From Girardia tigrina (Eukaryota): DNA of 64,000 nt. Positions 50,926-63,332 of this stretch are shown here, piece by piece; position 1 is the stretch's first letter, and every line of letters starts with the position of its first letter. The position numbers and the translations under genes are program-made. The DNA lies in NCBI GenBank assembly GCA_001938485.1, contig MQRK01191251.1, positions 1 through 64,000 of the forward strand, given 5' to 3'. The notes beneath the pieces were generated by a model. That model saw only the letters and a list, made by a program, of their open reading frames with translations, was not told the origin of the DNA and made no database searches.

Positions 50926-52856
50926 ACTGTGAGCAAAATTTTGAATGGCGCTTATTGTAAGTTGTTTTACGATTGTGTTTCTCCCACCCAGATGGAAGAT
51001 TGATATTTTAAATATTTTAAGACGTCGAATAATTTCTTCATTTTTAAAATTTAAATAACTAGTTTTAAAATTAAATTAATATATCATAAATAATAATCTA
51101 AAATATTTTTTAAATAATTAAAATTATTTTTGTAATTATATTATAATTTATTTTGAAATCGATTTGTAAATAAATTTTAATTTAAATTTATTTGAATAAT
51201 AAGACGTTTAGAAATAGAATTAATTTTATCACTCAAGAACGATGACTAGCTATGACAGTTTTATGGAGAATTGTCATATTGACAATTCAAGTTGATACAA
51301 ATAAATGTATTAAAAATCCAATTAGTGTTCATAATATGTATATTTATTCAAATCTTTGATTAATGAATGACATCATAAAATTAATAATTTTTAATTGCTC
51401 AAAATTTAATTGGATAAAAATTGTATAAGTGATTTTTACAATACACTTTAGTTTTTTTTTAATTAAATTAAATTTAATAAACTTAGTTATTTACTCAAAA
51501 GTATTAATAAAATTTCAAATTACAAAATTTTTAATTAATTAGTATTTAAACATCAATGTCATTAAATAAAAAAAATAATATCATCAGATTTAAACAATTA
51601 AGCAATAATTTATCATTCCCATCTAAATAGGAGAGTCGCCAATTTAAACAGCATACAAACAACAAACTCACAACTTTGAGAATTTTCTCTCACAATTAAT
51701 AAACTTTATCCCAATATCTGAGTAGACTTTCTCCCTACCAAAGGTTCGCAGAGTAACACTTTGGAAAAATAGTTCTTAAAACGTTTCAGGGACTGTTACT
51801 TGACACAAGTACCTCACAGATTTCAGGCCTCGCTTATGTGTTTCCGTAATCCCTCCCTGGAAATCTTTAGGTTACGATAGTGTATCACAGCTCTGTACTA
51901 TTTCATTACAGGGTACCAAAAGAGGAAAAACAAGTTTAAACCCTCTCGTTCCAAAGGAACATCACGTGGAGGTATGTCCGACTATCTAGCGAGGGTTGCC
52001 ATTAATGCAGGTCCTTATAATCTTAGTATCATAGTTTTGCATTTTAAATTCATTTATATTAATCACATTTTAAACAGATAATATTTTCTACTCTAAAAGA
52101 ATAATCATAAAATAAAGAAAATGGGATTATTTTTTTATTATTTGTATCACTTATTTTACGACTTATTAGTTTACCTCAATTTTTATATTATTTTTGTTTG
52201 GAAAGTGAAATGTTGAAAATAAAAATAATTTTCCTTTTGCCAAGAAATATTTTTAATTTAAATAAATCAGTAATAATATTTTAATGATTGTTTAGAGTTT
52301 TATAATTGAGACAAAATTGATAATAATTGCCAATTTACTTTTTTCAGACATGTTTCAACTGAATTTCCTTTTTGCAATTAAATATTTTTGTTACAACGAA
52401 AATATTTTGAAAATAAACTGAAATAAGTACAATTAATCATAAATATAATTTTAAAAAACTTTTATTTGTAAACATTTTGGCTTTATATTTTTAATTCTGA
52501 GAGAAGCATAATACAAACTTTTGAGTAGTGTTGAGAATTCTTGAGGAACAAGTATTGTTCTACGCGACTTACTTGCAGATATAAAATGTTTTTTGCTCGA
52601 TTTACCCTACTTTTGTATAAATGCTATAAATCGCACTTTAAAAAATAATCCTCCCTAAAAAATAAAATAACCAATATAATATTTTTATTTTTAATATTAT
52701 AATGACGTTATCATTCGATAATTTTAAAATTAAATATACAATGCATCTTTACATATATAATAACAATTAAAATGTAGAAAATTTTAAAAAATATGAAACT
52801 TTTGTGATTGTAAAAAATTTTTAAAATTAATAAAAATTAAAGCAACTATTAAATAA

Positions 52857-53245
52857 TTAATAACAACACTCATCCATTTAAAAACATATTTCAAGACAAT
52901 ATATTTCGACGGATCTACCGTCATCTTCAGGTCACTAATTAATAATCAATTCACCTGAATGTAAATACAAAAGTGACGATTATGTAATCGATTGCATGAA
53001 ATCATGCTAATCAAAAATTCTCGATATGCTGGTTGAGACTGCCTATGTTCAATGTTCAATCGACAGTCTCAACCAGCTTATTGAGAATTTTTGATTAGCA
53101 TGATTTCATGCAATCGATTACATAATCATCATTTTTATATTTACATCCAGGTGAATTGATTATTAATTAGCGACCTGAAGATGACGGTATATCCGTCGAA
53201 CAAATATCTTGAAATATATTTTTAATGGATGAGTGTTGTTATTAA
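52857..53245. repeat. Long inverted repeat (~185-bp arms, 22-nt spacer), inverted Penelope-type termini
   Basis: 52857-53041 is the reverse complement of 53064-53245 with scattered mismatches. Each arm has a hammerhead core. Confidence 0.92.
52895..52933 (-). ncRNA. Minimal hammerhead ribozyme (mirror copy at 53172-53208 on + has GAAA changed to GAAC)
   Basis: GAC CUGAAGA U GACGG uagau CCGUC GAAAUAUAUU^ GUC. Core intact, 3-bp stem I, 5-bp stem II and palindromic AUAUAU stem III. Confidence 0.65.
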
Positions 53246-53647
53246 AAGAAAATTTTCATTCGGACTTCGGTTTATCAATATTAAATAATTATTAATGTTC
53301 GTGTAATTTACAATTATAATATTTGATTGAAGGTAAAATTTATAAAAGGAAAATAAAATCAGATATTATTATTATAATTATTTGTATTTATACCAGTTTA
53401 AGATTTATAAAACAAATTATTTCTAAAAAAACAGTTTGTTTAAATATAATAAAATTTTGTTTTGATGTCGAAATTAATCTCTCACAATAATTCTGAGGAT
53501 GTTCCAAGAACATCTAAAACATACTGTATTTATTATTCAGTCAAGGTTAAGATTAAATATTAAAAATGTAATCTAGAATGCATGGTGAAACAAAAACAAA
53601 TAATCGACTTAGGGTAAAGTGTTTATTTAAATTTTTTATCGCTTTTA

Positions 53648-54001
53648 TCTTATCTTATAAAAGCCCAAGTCACTCACTGCCTGCCTCACTGCCTCACTAA
53701 CGCTAATTTTTGAAATGATTTTATAATCAATAAAGAAATGATTGTATATTAATAAATAATAAATATTAGACTGATATTAGAATGAATGCGATTTTTGTAA
53801 CCGTAATTTCTTAAATATCGTTTTGTCTCGAGATATGATTTTCAAATTTGCATTAAACAGAAATAAAAACTTTTGTTATACGATTTTTTATACTCGAAAC
53901 ACTGAAATTTTCAATAAAAATGCTTTCAGAAAAAAGTCGCGTGATCTAATAACATTGAACCCCCGGCAAGAGAGGGCCGCGAAGCGGGCCGAGCGCGCTA
54001 G
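53648..54001 (+). mobile_element. Non-autonomous Helitron (354 bp)
   Basis: A|TCTTATCTTATAAAAG 5' end, (TCAC/TGCC)n microsatellite, 3' GC hairpin GGCCGCGAAGCGGGCC then CTAG|T; inserted between A and T. Confidence 0.85.
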
Positions 54002-54469
54002 TTTTTTAATATTAATACGAAATAAAATTAATAAATGTATACATTTACCGAGTTCATACGCTTACTGTAACATAAACATGTTTACACAAAATAGGACAAG
54101 TATTGTTGAAGCCTTGAAATTTATTTTTGTAGACCATAGATTATTCTTTTTATTTTGATTAACTTTTCGGATGCACCTGGCCCATAGGGGAGAGCCCATC
54201 TCGAAGAAAATTATTTTTCTTATTTTTGTTGTTGCAACAGGAATTGTATTGATCGACTGAAGGAGCGTCGCACAATTCTCGATAAATCGCAAAAATCGTC
54301 CGGTAGAATTAACCGAGTTTGAGCAATTCTTGAACATGACAGCTGGATGGTAACTCGCCAGAGTGTTCATCAAAAGCATTATTGTACTGAATTCATTTCT
54401 AACACTCACAATTTTTCGAACGAGTTTTTTATAGGGATCCAGAAAATTTCATAGATGATTTTAATTAAT

Positions 54470-55080
54470 TCAAGTTTTGCCAATTTTGAAGGATAATTGA
54501 CGGTTGATTGCAGTCTCTTATCAATTATGTGAATCAATACCCATCTGAAGAATAGGAAACTCATCCTTTGAAACAACAGAGATTTTATTTTTATAAAACA
54601 TACAATGATCGAAAACTTTACTATATCCAATCGATAAATGATAATTTTTCTGAGTTGTAAGATAACAATTTATCTTTGGAACAAACATTCTTTTACACAT
54701 GTGACAATTACATTTATAAACCATATTAGCTTGCAATCAACAAAAAGTTTTTGAACTATTTGAGACAAAGTTTTTAACTTTGAATACCATTGATATCAGT
54801 AAGAATTACTTATAGTCTTACAAATACTCTTGATATGTATTCTAAATGTTTCAAAATATGGTATATTAATAATTTGCTTATGCTCATCGATGTATTCTTC
54901 ATTTGTAAATTTTTCTTAACCCGTGTTTGAGTACATAATTTGTCTAATATTATACTTTAATTGTTTGTTTATGTATATATAATCTCTCAAGTGTCCTATA
55001 AGAATAGAAAAATTTTGATATGAGATTAACAAATTGGTAGAGCAGTGCTCTTAATAATCTCAATTTGTTTGAGAATGTAA
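54470..55080 (-). pseudogene. Penelope-like element C-terminal/GIY-YIG remnant
   Basis: KQIINIPYFETFRIHIKSICKTISNS..LQANMVYKCNCHMCKRMFV..SKVFDHC..VSKDEFPILQ, paralogous to 26881-27300. Confidence 0.75.
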
Positions 55081-55363
55081 AAGATAAAATTAAGAGTTTT
55101 TAATTTTGGTTTGGAAAATTGTATTTTTGCTGAATTGGTTTTGTTTGTAAATAAAAGGAAAATGCAATTAAATTAAAAAAAATAAGTTTGGAAAATTTTG
55201 AGTATTTTATGGTTGGTTATTAATTGATAATGGTTATATTTTATCAATTAAATATGAAAAAATTGTGAATTTTTATACATTGTTTAAATGTATTATTTAA
55301 TACAAAAATTTGATATCAAATAAAATTATTATAGCAATATCGATTTCTTTTAAAGAATAATTC

Positions 55364-55951
55364 ATGAATTGGAATTTAATATCTAAATTAAAAGAACAGA
55401 TAGTGTTGTCGATTGATCATATTTTGATGGATTATTTTATGAAGACATTCGAAGATAATTATGAAAGAATTCCCGATCAGAGATTGTGTATTAAAGAAAT
55501 TGACGAAATTTCAGTTCCTATTAAAAATTGTGAAGACATTCATGATGAATGGAATGAATTAACGATAATATTTCAAAATTGTGGAAAATCTTCAATTGAC
55601 AGATATTTATTTCTTAGGAATTATGTTGACTGCGGTTCTTATTCATTGGAAATAGTATGTATGTTATTTACTTATAAAATTAAATGTCCTAATGAAAAAT
55701 ATTTACTGTGTGTAAAATTATTAACCGATAAGGATTTACTTCTTGATTATGTTGACTGCGGTTCTTGTTTATTGAAAACAATATGTATGTTGTTTGCTTA
55801 TAAAATCAAATATCGAAATAGAATACATTTATCAAGCATAAATCACAAATCTAAAACGAGAACAAGATACGACCTGTTGAGCTCTGGGCGAGGCTGCCGC
55901 GCTCAAACTGCCGCTCTGCAATCAGTATTCATTATAATAATTATATTTTAA
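55364..55951 (+). CDS. Hypothetical 195-aa protein with an internal 42-aa duplication
   Basis: Uninterrupted ATG-initiated ORF. YVDCGS.....CMLF.YKIK occurs twice (nt 55621 and 55747, offset 126). Confidence 0.4.
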   Translation: MNWNLISKLKEQIVLSIDHILMDYFMKTFEDNYERIPDQRLCIKEIDEISVPIKNCEDIHDEWNELTIIFQNCGKSSIDRYLFLRNYVDCGSYSLEIVCMLFTYKIKCPNEKYLLCVKLLTDKDLLLDYVDCGSCLLKTICMLFAYKIKYRNRIHLSSINHKSKTRTRYDLLSSGRGCRAQTAALQSVFIIIIIF

Positions 55952-58624
55952 TGGATGTTATTAAGAACATTTAAACAAGTCTCTTTTAAATCTTTATTGC
56001 AACTACATTTAGAGTCATTAAAACTCTCAGGAGGTCTTTCATCGCTTGCCATCGTTCTAATTGATTTTCTTATTTCTGTTTTTAATCATGATTATTCGAT
56101 TTTTTTTCAATTTTTCTAAATTATTTTTTAAAATATTTAACCTCTAAAAAATATTAATTAAAAATATTAATTTTTACCATTTTTCAATAAATCTCAAATT
56201 AATAAAAATGACATCAAATTATTAAAAATGCATTTAATTTAAATTTTTCTAAAAATTATTAAACTTAATTTTAATTCTGAAATTAAAGATATGAACTTAT
56301 AAAATGATTATTTTAATTATGTTCGAATAGTCAATCACTTTAAACTTAATAAAAAGTACCAATTTCCATCTGGGTGGGAGAATCACCATTCTAAATTCAA
56401 CATACAGCATCACTACATTTACACATTCAAACAATTTAAAATATTCCTCACAGATGTGTTGATTAATATTATGAAAAGCAGTTCTGTAAATCATTATTGA
56501 TTAAATTATAAAATAATAATTAACATTCAAAATGAACAGTGATTAAAATTCGTCTTTTATTTTCCACAATATATCAATTTATTTTTTAAAACGATTTATA
56601 GAACCTAATAAGAGCAACTGAAACATATACACTGATTATATTTTAAAAAAGAGCTTTAGGTAAATTATATGGTAACAATATCAAATTAGCGTTCACAAAA
56701 CTCAATAAGATATATTATTACGTATATAATTTGGTAGGAGATTAGTTGGTAGTCGAATAGGATAACTAATACAAGCTATATTCTAATAAAATAACATGAT
56801 AAATATAAATTATTATAGATTAATATAACTTCCAAAGAAATATTTAATCCATGACCGACGGTCATTTACTGGGTATAAATATTTCGTTTTTACTTTTATA
56901 TCAATAAAGTAATAAGAAATATTTTTATTTTAAATTAAAATATCTACAATCAATAAAAAATAAATAAAATATCTTAAAAAATTATTTCAATGAAAAATTG
57001 TTTTAGTTATCGATTTATATTTACGTTTCCTTTAAGTTTAATTAACGAAATCTTTGATTAAAATAAATGTAATTAAATATATTATTTGTGATGAAACGGA
57101 TGTTAATTAAGGCATCTTTATAGTGTTAAATTTCTGACATTTATTTATTTATTTATTTTATATTTTTACCGTTTCTAATTATGATGAGTTAGTTAGAATT
57201 TTCAATTCGCCAAAGAATTTATCAGTTTTTTTTAATTTAAAATTTAAACAAAAAATAAATAATTATGTAAATTATAGAAAAATGCATAAAGTTTATAAAA
57301 CTAAGAATAGTTAAAAGGGATTTTAAAAAAAAACAACAAAAATCAAATAATTATTTACAAAACAAAAAAATGTTTAAAAATCTAAAAATTTTATGATAAA
57401 TTCAATTTAAAATAAGTTAAATATATTAATAAATTTTTAAAAAGTATAAATTTGATTTTAAACAAGATATAATAAACGGAGTTTTGCGAAATGATTAAAT
57501 TAACGAGAAAGGTGTTTAAATATGCGTATTACGTATCATTATTAAATTTTTATGTGAAATTATGAATTCTAATCTTGAATCCAACATTATGATATATAAA
57601 GTCAATGCGACTTACACTGTTATTCAAACGATTCCTCGAAGTTTCCATCCAACTTGATATGTTTTATTATTTATTGAAATTGTTCTTTTCAACAATCTCT
57701 TCACGTTCTTTTCTTTACATGAATTCATTTGAAACTTCTATTCTTTAAATGTGTTATTATAAATAGTTTTTTTGTTACCCACAAAAATAACGACAAATTA
57801 AATAAATTAAATTATAAATTATGCAAGAAAAAATATTTTTTTCTATAAAACAATTCTCTCTTAAATTAAAAAAAATATAATTGAAAACTTCAATCAATTG
57901 AAGACATTTTTTTGAATATTCTTTCAAGTCACATTGTTTGAGCGATTTGTTGCTTTTGACAGGAAACGTCACAATAAATAATGGTTAAAGGGATAATAAC
58001 TTTGAATTTGTAAATATAAACTTTCTGTTTTTAAAGATATACTAAAAAAAGTAAACATAAATATGACAAACTTATGTACAAATTACAGATATTTATAAAA
58101 ATATAAAATGATAACTTAATAATATAACTAAATCTGTTGATAACTGACTGACTGGTTCTGTGAAGAACGCGTATTCATCTAATTATAACTATAAGTAATA
58201 ATTGTATAAATAATCGTATATATTATTAGCGATTAAGAAATTAAAAATTATTTTAATTATAAAGCAGCTTTTGACACTGTTATCCATTTAAAATAAAATG
58301 ATTATATGATTTATTAACTATAACACAATATCAATAATCTCGACTATTTAATGGGGAAAATAGTGATGTTATAATGACTCACATTTTCAAAGCCTTTTCA
58401 TTGGTTTACAATCTCAAAGACACACATACTATCAACATACATTCGGCATACATTCAACATCAGACAAGTAATCCATATTACTGTATCATCACAACTGACT
58501 TTACACCATCAATTTCATCAGCAATCACTCAATAATTATTACGCAATTAATCTTAGTTACTTCTGTTAGTAACAAACAATATGGATTACATAACTATTCC
58601 TACTCACAGACATAATGTTGATCT

Positions 58625-58775
58625 TAGTTTTAAAACGAAGGCAATTTTATATAATTTCTGCCGATGTCGTGACCATCAACAAGTCTTAGGGGCAGTCATT
58701 TTATTACGTGGGAATTGATTTGCGAACTCAAGTTTTTCGCATAAACAACTTTATGTCGCTTCTTCCTGATCAAAG
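58625..58775 (+). pseudogene. PIF1-family helicase C-terminal motifs (Helitron RepHel remnant)
   Basis: RRQF..VTINKS*GQSFYYVGIDLRTQVF/SHKQLYVASS matches RRQFP..A.TINKSQGQ..VGIDL..VFSHGQLYVA.SR. Confidence 0.85.
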
Positions 58776-60539
58776 ATTTTGTCAAACGTTGAAGCTTGTA
58801 AATAACATGGATTTTAACGGATTAACTTGCTAAATGATGATCATGTTTTCACCATGTCATAGTTTGCAAGTGTTGTCTTCAATATAGAAACTAGAATTTA
58901 CGATGATCAAAATTTTATTCTCCTTCCATTAAGAAAATTCTTTGATGTTTTATAATCTGTTTTTAACAACATTATTTGTTGTTGCAATACACCAAATGTC
59001 ACACAATTACGTTTTTTAATTGAATTATTTGATTAAAAAGTAACGGCATACTTTGAAATGTATATTTTAGAGAATAAAAATTACCTGTCTTCTACTAGTG
59101 CAACATAATATTTTAATTAGGTATTTTAGTTGGGGTCCCAATTAATGACTTAAACGCTTAACAAAGTGACCAAACATTGATGAAACTTGACATCGTCTTC
59201 AGTTAAAATTTCAAGCAAAAGACGCTCTTAGATTTTTTAATCCATAACTTTTATGATTGTATGACTTCAAGATTGTCTTGGTGTGACTGATAATTTTTAT
59301 CAGAACATTTTTGAGAGGTTTTGCTATTTTGTTGACAAATAATAAAATAAGGACATTGCTATTATGTATGAAAAGAATACATTAATGTTTGTAAGTACAA
59401 GTTTAAAATAAAATACAATTTTCATTAAATCTAATTGTCGAAAAACATTTCGAGATTATGAACAATAATTGATTAGATATATTTAGAATATATAATATTT
59501 TAACTATGACTTTTTGAAAGGGCTCATAAGACTGAAAGACTGGAGACAGAACCATGACAAAAACTAAAATGATGGTTTAAGAGATAATAATCACATTAAA
59601 CCATACAATTTTATGGCGTGTTCAAATAATGTTTTTGTGAAATGACAAAAGTGTCATTATATCTGTAGTGACCCAGTCAATTATCATATATAAATTATAT
59701 AATATAATAAATTATATATATAAATTTACAAAAAAATATATCGATTATAAAAATCGATGAATAAAAATTTGATAATTTAAAGTTATCTGTCCTGGACTGA
59801 ATTTTGATCCTACCATTAGTGGTGTTGTTTGGACCGTTCCATTATTTATCAACTTAGCTGAGCGAAGTATTATCGAATCGAGACTCCGTCATCTAATCGT
59901 CTAAACGTATTCTATTGCCGGACAATATCTTATCAATTTGCCGAATATTAAAATTGCAATCAACAAACATAAAACGTCCAAGTCATCTTTCAATTACCAA
60001 AATAAATATTAGAAGAAACAAGACAAAGAATAACCCAAGTTGTGTTGTCAAGGAATAATAGAATCATCGATTTGGTACGTTACGTCTTCGCCAATTACTG
60101 CGGTATTATAAATCTTATATACGACTTGGACTCAAGCATGTTTTTATTATTTAATATAGTTTAATTAAAATTAATTTTTTTTATTTCTATTTATATAAAA
60201 AAAAATTGATAAAAGAGTTAATCGAAGCAAACGTTTCAGTTAGCTCGTTTACAATTTCCTCAACTGTTTTAGAAAAGTTTTATCGAAGTAATTTTTACGT
60301 TTGTAAAATGACTAGAAAATCAATATTCACAATTTTTTTGAAAATAATAACAATAATAATAATAAAATTAATAAAAAATAAATAAATAATGATTTTTTAA
60401 ATTTTAAATGTTTTTGAATGTTTCATCACAAATATAAGCTTCCATAAAAATTTAATAAGCGAAAGATGATGAAAAATTTATCGTAATTCATTAAAGTTTA
60501 ATGAATGTTATGTGATTGCTTTTCTGCAAAACAAGTTCA

Positions 60540-61150
60540 TCAACTACAAAATATGATCAGCATATCTCTTCACTCCGGTTGGGAAAAGATGGCATCCAGA
60601 TTAATCCAAGAGTTTCCATAAGTTTTGAATAAATAATTACTCAAAAAGAAATCTGATTGACAAACAGTTTATTAAAATAATAATCAAGAACAATACATTA
60701 ATATTTCAAATCAACCAAGGAAGTATTAAAATGACCGTGGCTTTTGGATTTTGGGAAATTGCTAAGGTAATCCTCGGCTTAAACTGCTCAATAATCACTG
60801 GTTTTTTTTTGGGATAACACTTTCTTTGTCTATATCACCAAAGTCAGTAATTGCCCGGGGTGAAGTCAAATGACGACGACGGTTAAGGCTGATATAAATA
60901 TCTGATGATAGCGCGATGAATTCCAAAGCGATCAAGCTTTACCTCTCTTAAATATGTGGAGGAATATATCTTTGCATTAATAGGATTGAAAGTAGTTTGT
61001 GGAGAATTATTAATGCAGGGATTAGATATAATTGTATCTTTTTCACGTTTTGCTCACCATCAACAGACCCAGAAAGCAATAAGTACTTGTAAGCAATGTT
61101 TTGACGCCACCATCTGACACTGTAACGAATGCACTTGGAAGAGGCTTTGA
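60540..61150 (+). pseudogene. Possible piggyBac transposase C-terminal remnant
   Basis: YDQHIS../KRWHP near 60552-60600 and Cys cluster STCKQCF...HCNEC near 61085-61135; heavily decayed. Confidence 0.25.
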
Positions 61151-61797
61151 AACAACTTTAACGTGAAAAATAGATGAATAGATGATGTAAATAGATTATT
61201 CAGAATTAAATTTTGTTTTCGAATTTTCGATTAATTATATAAATCTAAGTAATTTCATCAGCAAGTCAAATAAAAAAATATAATATAAAATATTTTTAAC
61301 CCTCAAAAAGGTCATGGGTAAATTTATTCACTTATTATAATAAACTTATAAACTTAATGAGCTGATTGTTTTTGTTGACTTTTTAAAATTGTTTCTTTAA
61401 GAAGACACTTAAACCTTTTAAAAATTTGACCATTTTGACCGTTTTGTAGTAAAGTTTCACCGTAGTTTCAGTGTTAGCAACATTCGGTATTGCGAAGTTC
61501 GCATCATTTCATCTCCTCAGATCTGTCGTTAATTAGGCTTAAAAATAATTAATATGAAATTTTCATGTGACCGTATATCTATGCCGTTTTGAGACGACGT
61601 TTCTCTCATTTTAATATTATTTAAAAAGGTAAGCAGAATATTTTCATTCGAACAATACGATAAATAATCTTTAAAAAAATTTTTTAAAAAAAATCAAATT
61701 TTACAAAATCAAGTCAAATTCTTACATAAGTGTAATTAGGGGAACGTATTTCATTTTTATAATTAATGAAATAAATAAAAAACTGAATTTCATATTA

Positions 61798-62011
61798 CCG
61801 TATTTTCGCGCATATAACCCGCATAATTTTTTCATCGCCAGGGACATTTGAAGTATGTAAAAACACATTTTATCCGTTGTTTATCATCCTGAAATGGTAG
61901 TTGTTATCATGTAAATTATTTTTAGAATACACCGCCTATTTCTATACCCTGCGAGTATGGGGCGTAGATAAAATCACACATGACTTGCGGGTTATATGCG
62001 CGAAAATACGG
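61798..62011. mobile_element. pogo/Tc2-type MITE (214 bp)
   Basis: Perfect 26-bp TIRs CCGTATTTTCGCGCATATAACCCGCA with TA duplication on both sides. Confidence 0.93.
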
Positions 62012-62089
62012 TAAGTGATCTTAATACTAAAGTCCAAGTTATTTGACAATTTACCAATACAAATATTTATCCAATTTATCAAATTTTAC

Positions 62090-62645
62090 ACCCATATTAT
62101 CGACACACTTTTGCCATTTGAGCAGTAGCTTCTTTAGGACATTTGAATACAAATTTGGTGGGTGAGAATCTATAAATTCTATAAATATAAAATCTATAAA
62201 ATCCATTTATACTGTATCTTCAGAATTGTACACCTACATGGCAGTTTCCATTCTTACGACTCTCTTTCAGATTTGGAAACATGAATGGATACGGTGTCTC
62301 GTCCTCAGTTATGATATTATCAATGAAACGGTCTCCAACATTGGTCCTGATCTGCAGATTCTCGAAGCGGCATTACAAAGGATGTTGTCTCATTTCAAAC
62401 GTAAAAAGGCGTGGAACAAAACGGGTACCCAGTTTTTGAATAGATTTACCGAGAGGAGAGTATGTAGAGTGCCTTTGCTTACATTTAGACTGGTTGTGAG
62501 CTCTTTCGTCGTTATTCTTCTCTCGGTTTGCACAATTATCTGCAGCTTTTGCGTTATTGTTTCATCAATTTCTGAGGGTCTTCCACATTTTTCTTCGTCC
62601 ATCACGGAGGTTCTACTACTCTGAAAGTAATTGAACCAATTGATA
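62090..62645 (-). pseudogene. Mariner transposase remnant, internally deleted
   Basis: WFNYFQSSRTSVMDEEKCGRP..RRITTKEL..VSKGTLH..NWVP, DNIITEDET and LLKWQKCVDNMG. Confidence 0.85.
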
Positions 62646-63127
62646 CATTGTTGTTGTGGATGGGCACTGTTGTATCTCAGAGGGAGTCTTTTTGTTAGTT
62701 GGCTCTCGTTTTGCAAGTCGGATACTCTTCGTCAGATTGGCGATCATATCCGCCAGATTACAGAACTGTACAAAGAATTGCTCCTCCACTGAACACTCGA
62801 AAATATTTAAGTCTATATACCATAAAAATATTTCTTCTGTCCAAAATTTTGATTTCAAAACCCAAATTAGAAAGTCGACGTGAGTAATTTTATTTGTAAA
62901 AATAACTCTGTAATTCTCTGTTTCAATTCTCTAACATCATTTTAAAACGGGCGCCAAAGAGAAAAGACTTGCGTCAATCACCGAGCTCAGAATCATTTTG
63001 ATAATAATGCCAAAGTGAACGAGACAATAATCAGGGATTACATTCGACGTCTCGGACGAATTATAAGACCCCTCCATCAAATGATGGTGCACATTCAAAT
63101 TGCTACGTCTGCTGAGAGAGTCAAATA

Positions 63128-63332
63128 AAGGTTGATTTTCGTATTTTTTTAGCAAATTAATCGCAGCATCGTTTGTTCCATCGGAAATGTTGTCATCGAC
63201 GATAATTAATTCATAGGCACTTTTATTTTCTTTTTTTTTATTTGTTAAGTATTTATCGAATAAATTGATAACGATCAGCAGATTTTCTTTTTCGTAATAA
63301 GTCAAGAGAATGATACAATATTTGCAATTCAT
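63128..63332 (-). pseudogene. DPM1: Dolichol-phosphate mannosyltransferase catalytic subunit, N-terminal fragment (GT2)
   Basis: KYCIILLTYYEKENLLIVI...YELIIVDDNISDGTNDAAINLLKKY vs DPM1 KYSVLLPTYNERENLP...YEIIIIDDGSPDGT.DVA.QL.KIY. Homology stops after ~65 aa. Confidence 0.75.

Noticed and set aside
58687-58689. Possible TAA/TAG=Gln recoding (TAG in KS*GQ; isolated TAA/TAG stops in other remnants)
   Set aside because: CAG>TAG is a simple transition. The same remnants also have frameshifts and TGA stops, and the Tigger ORF ends normally at TAA.
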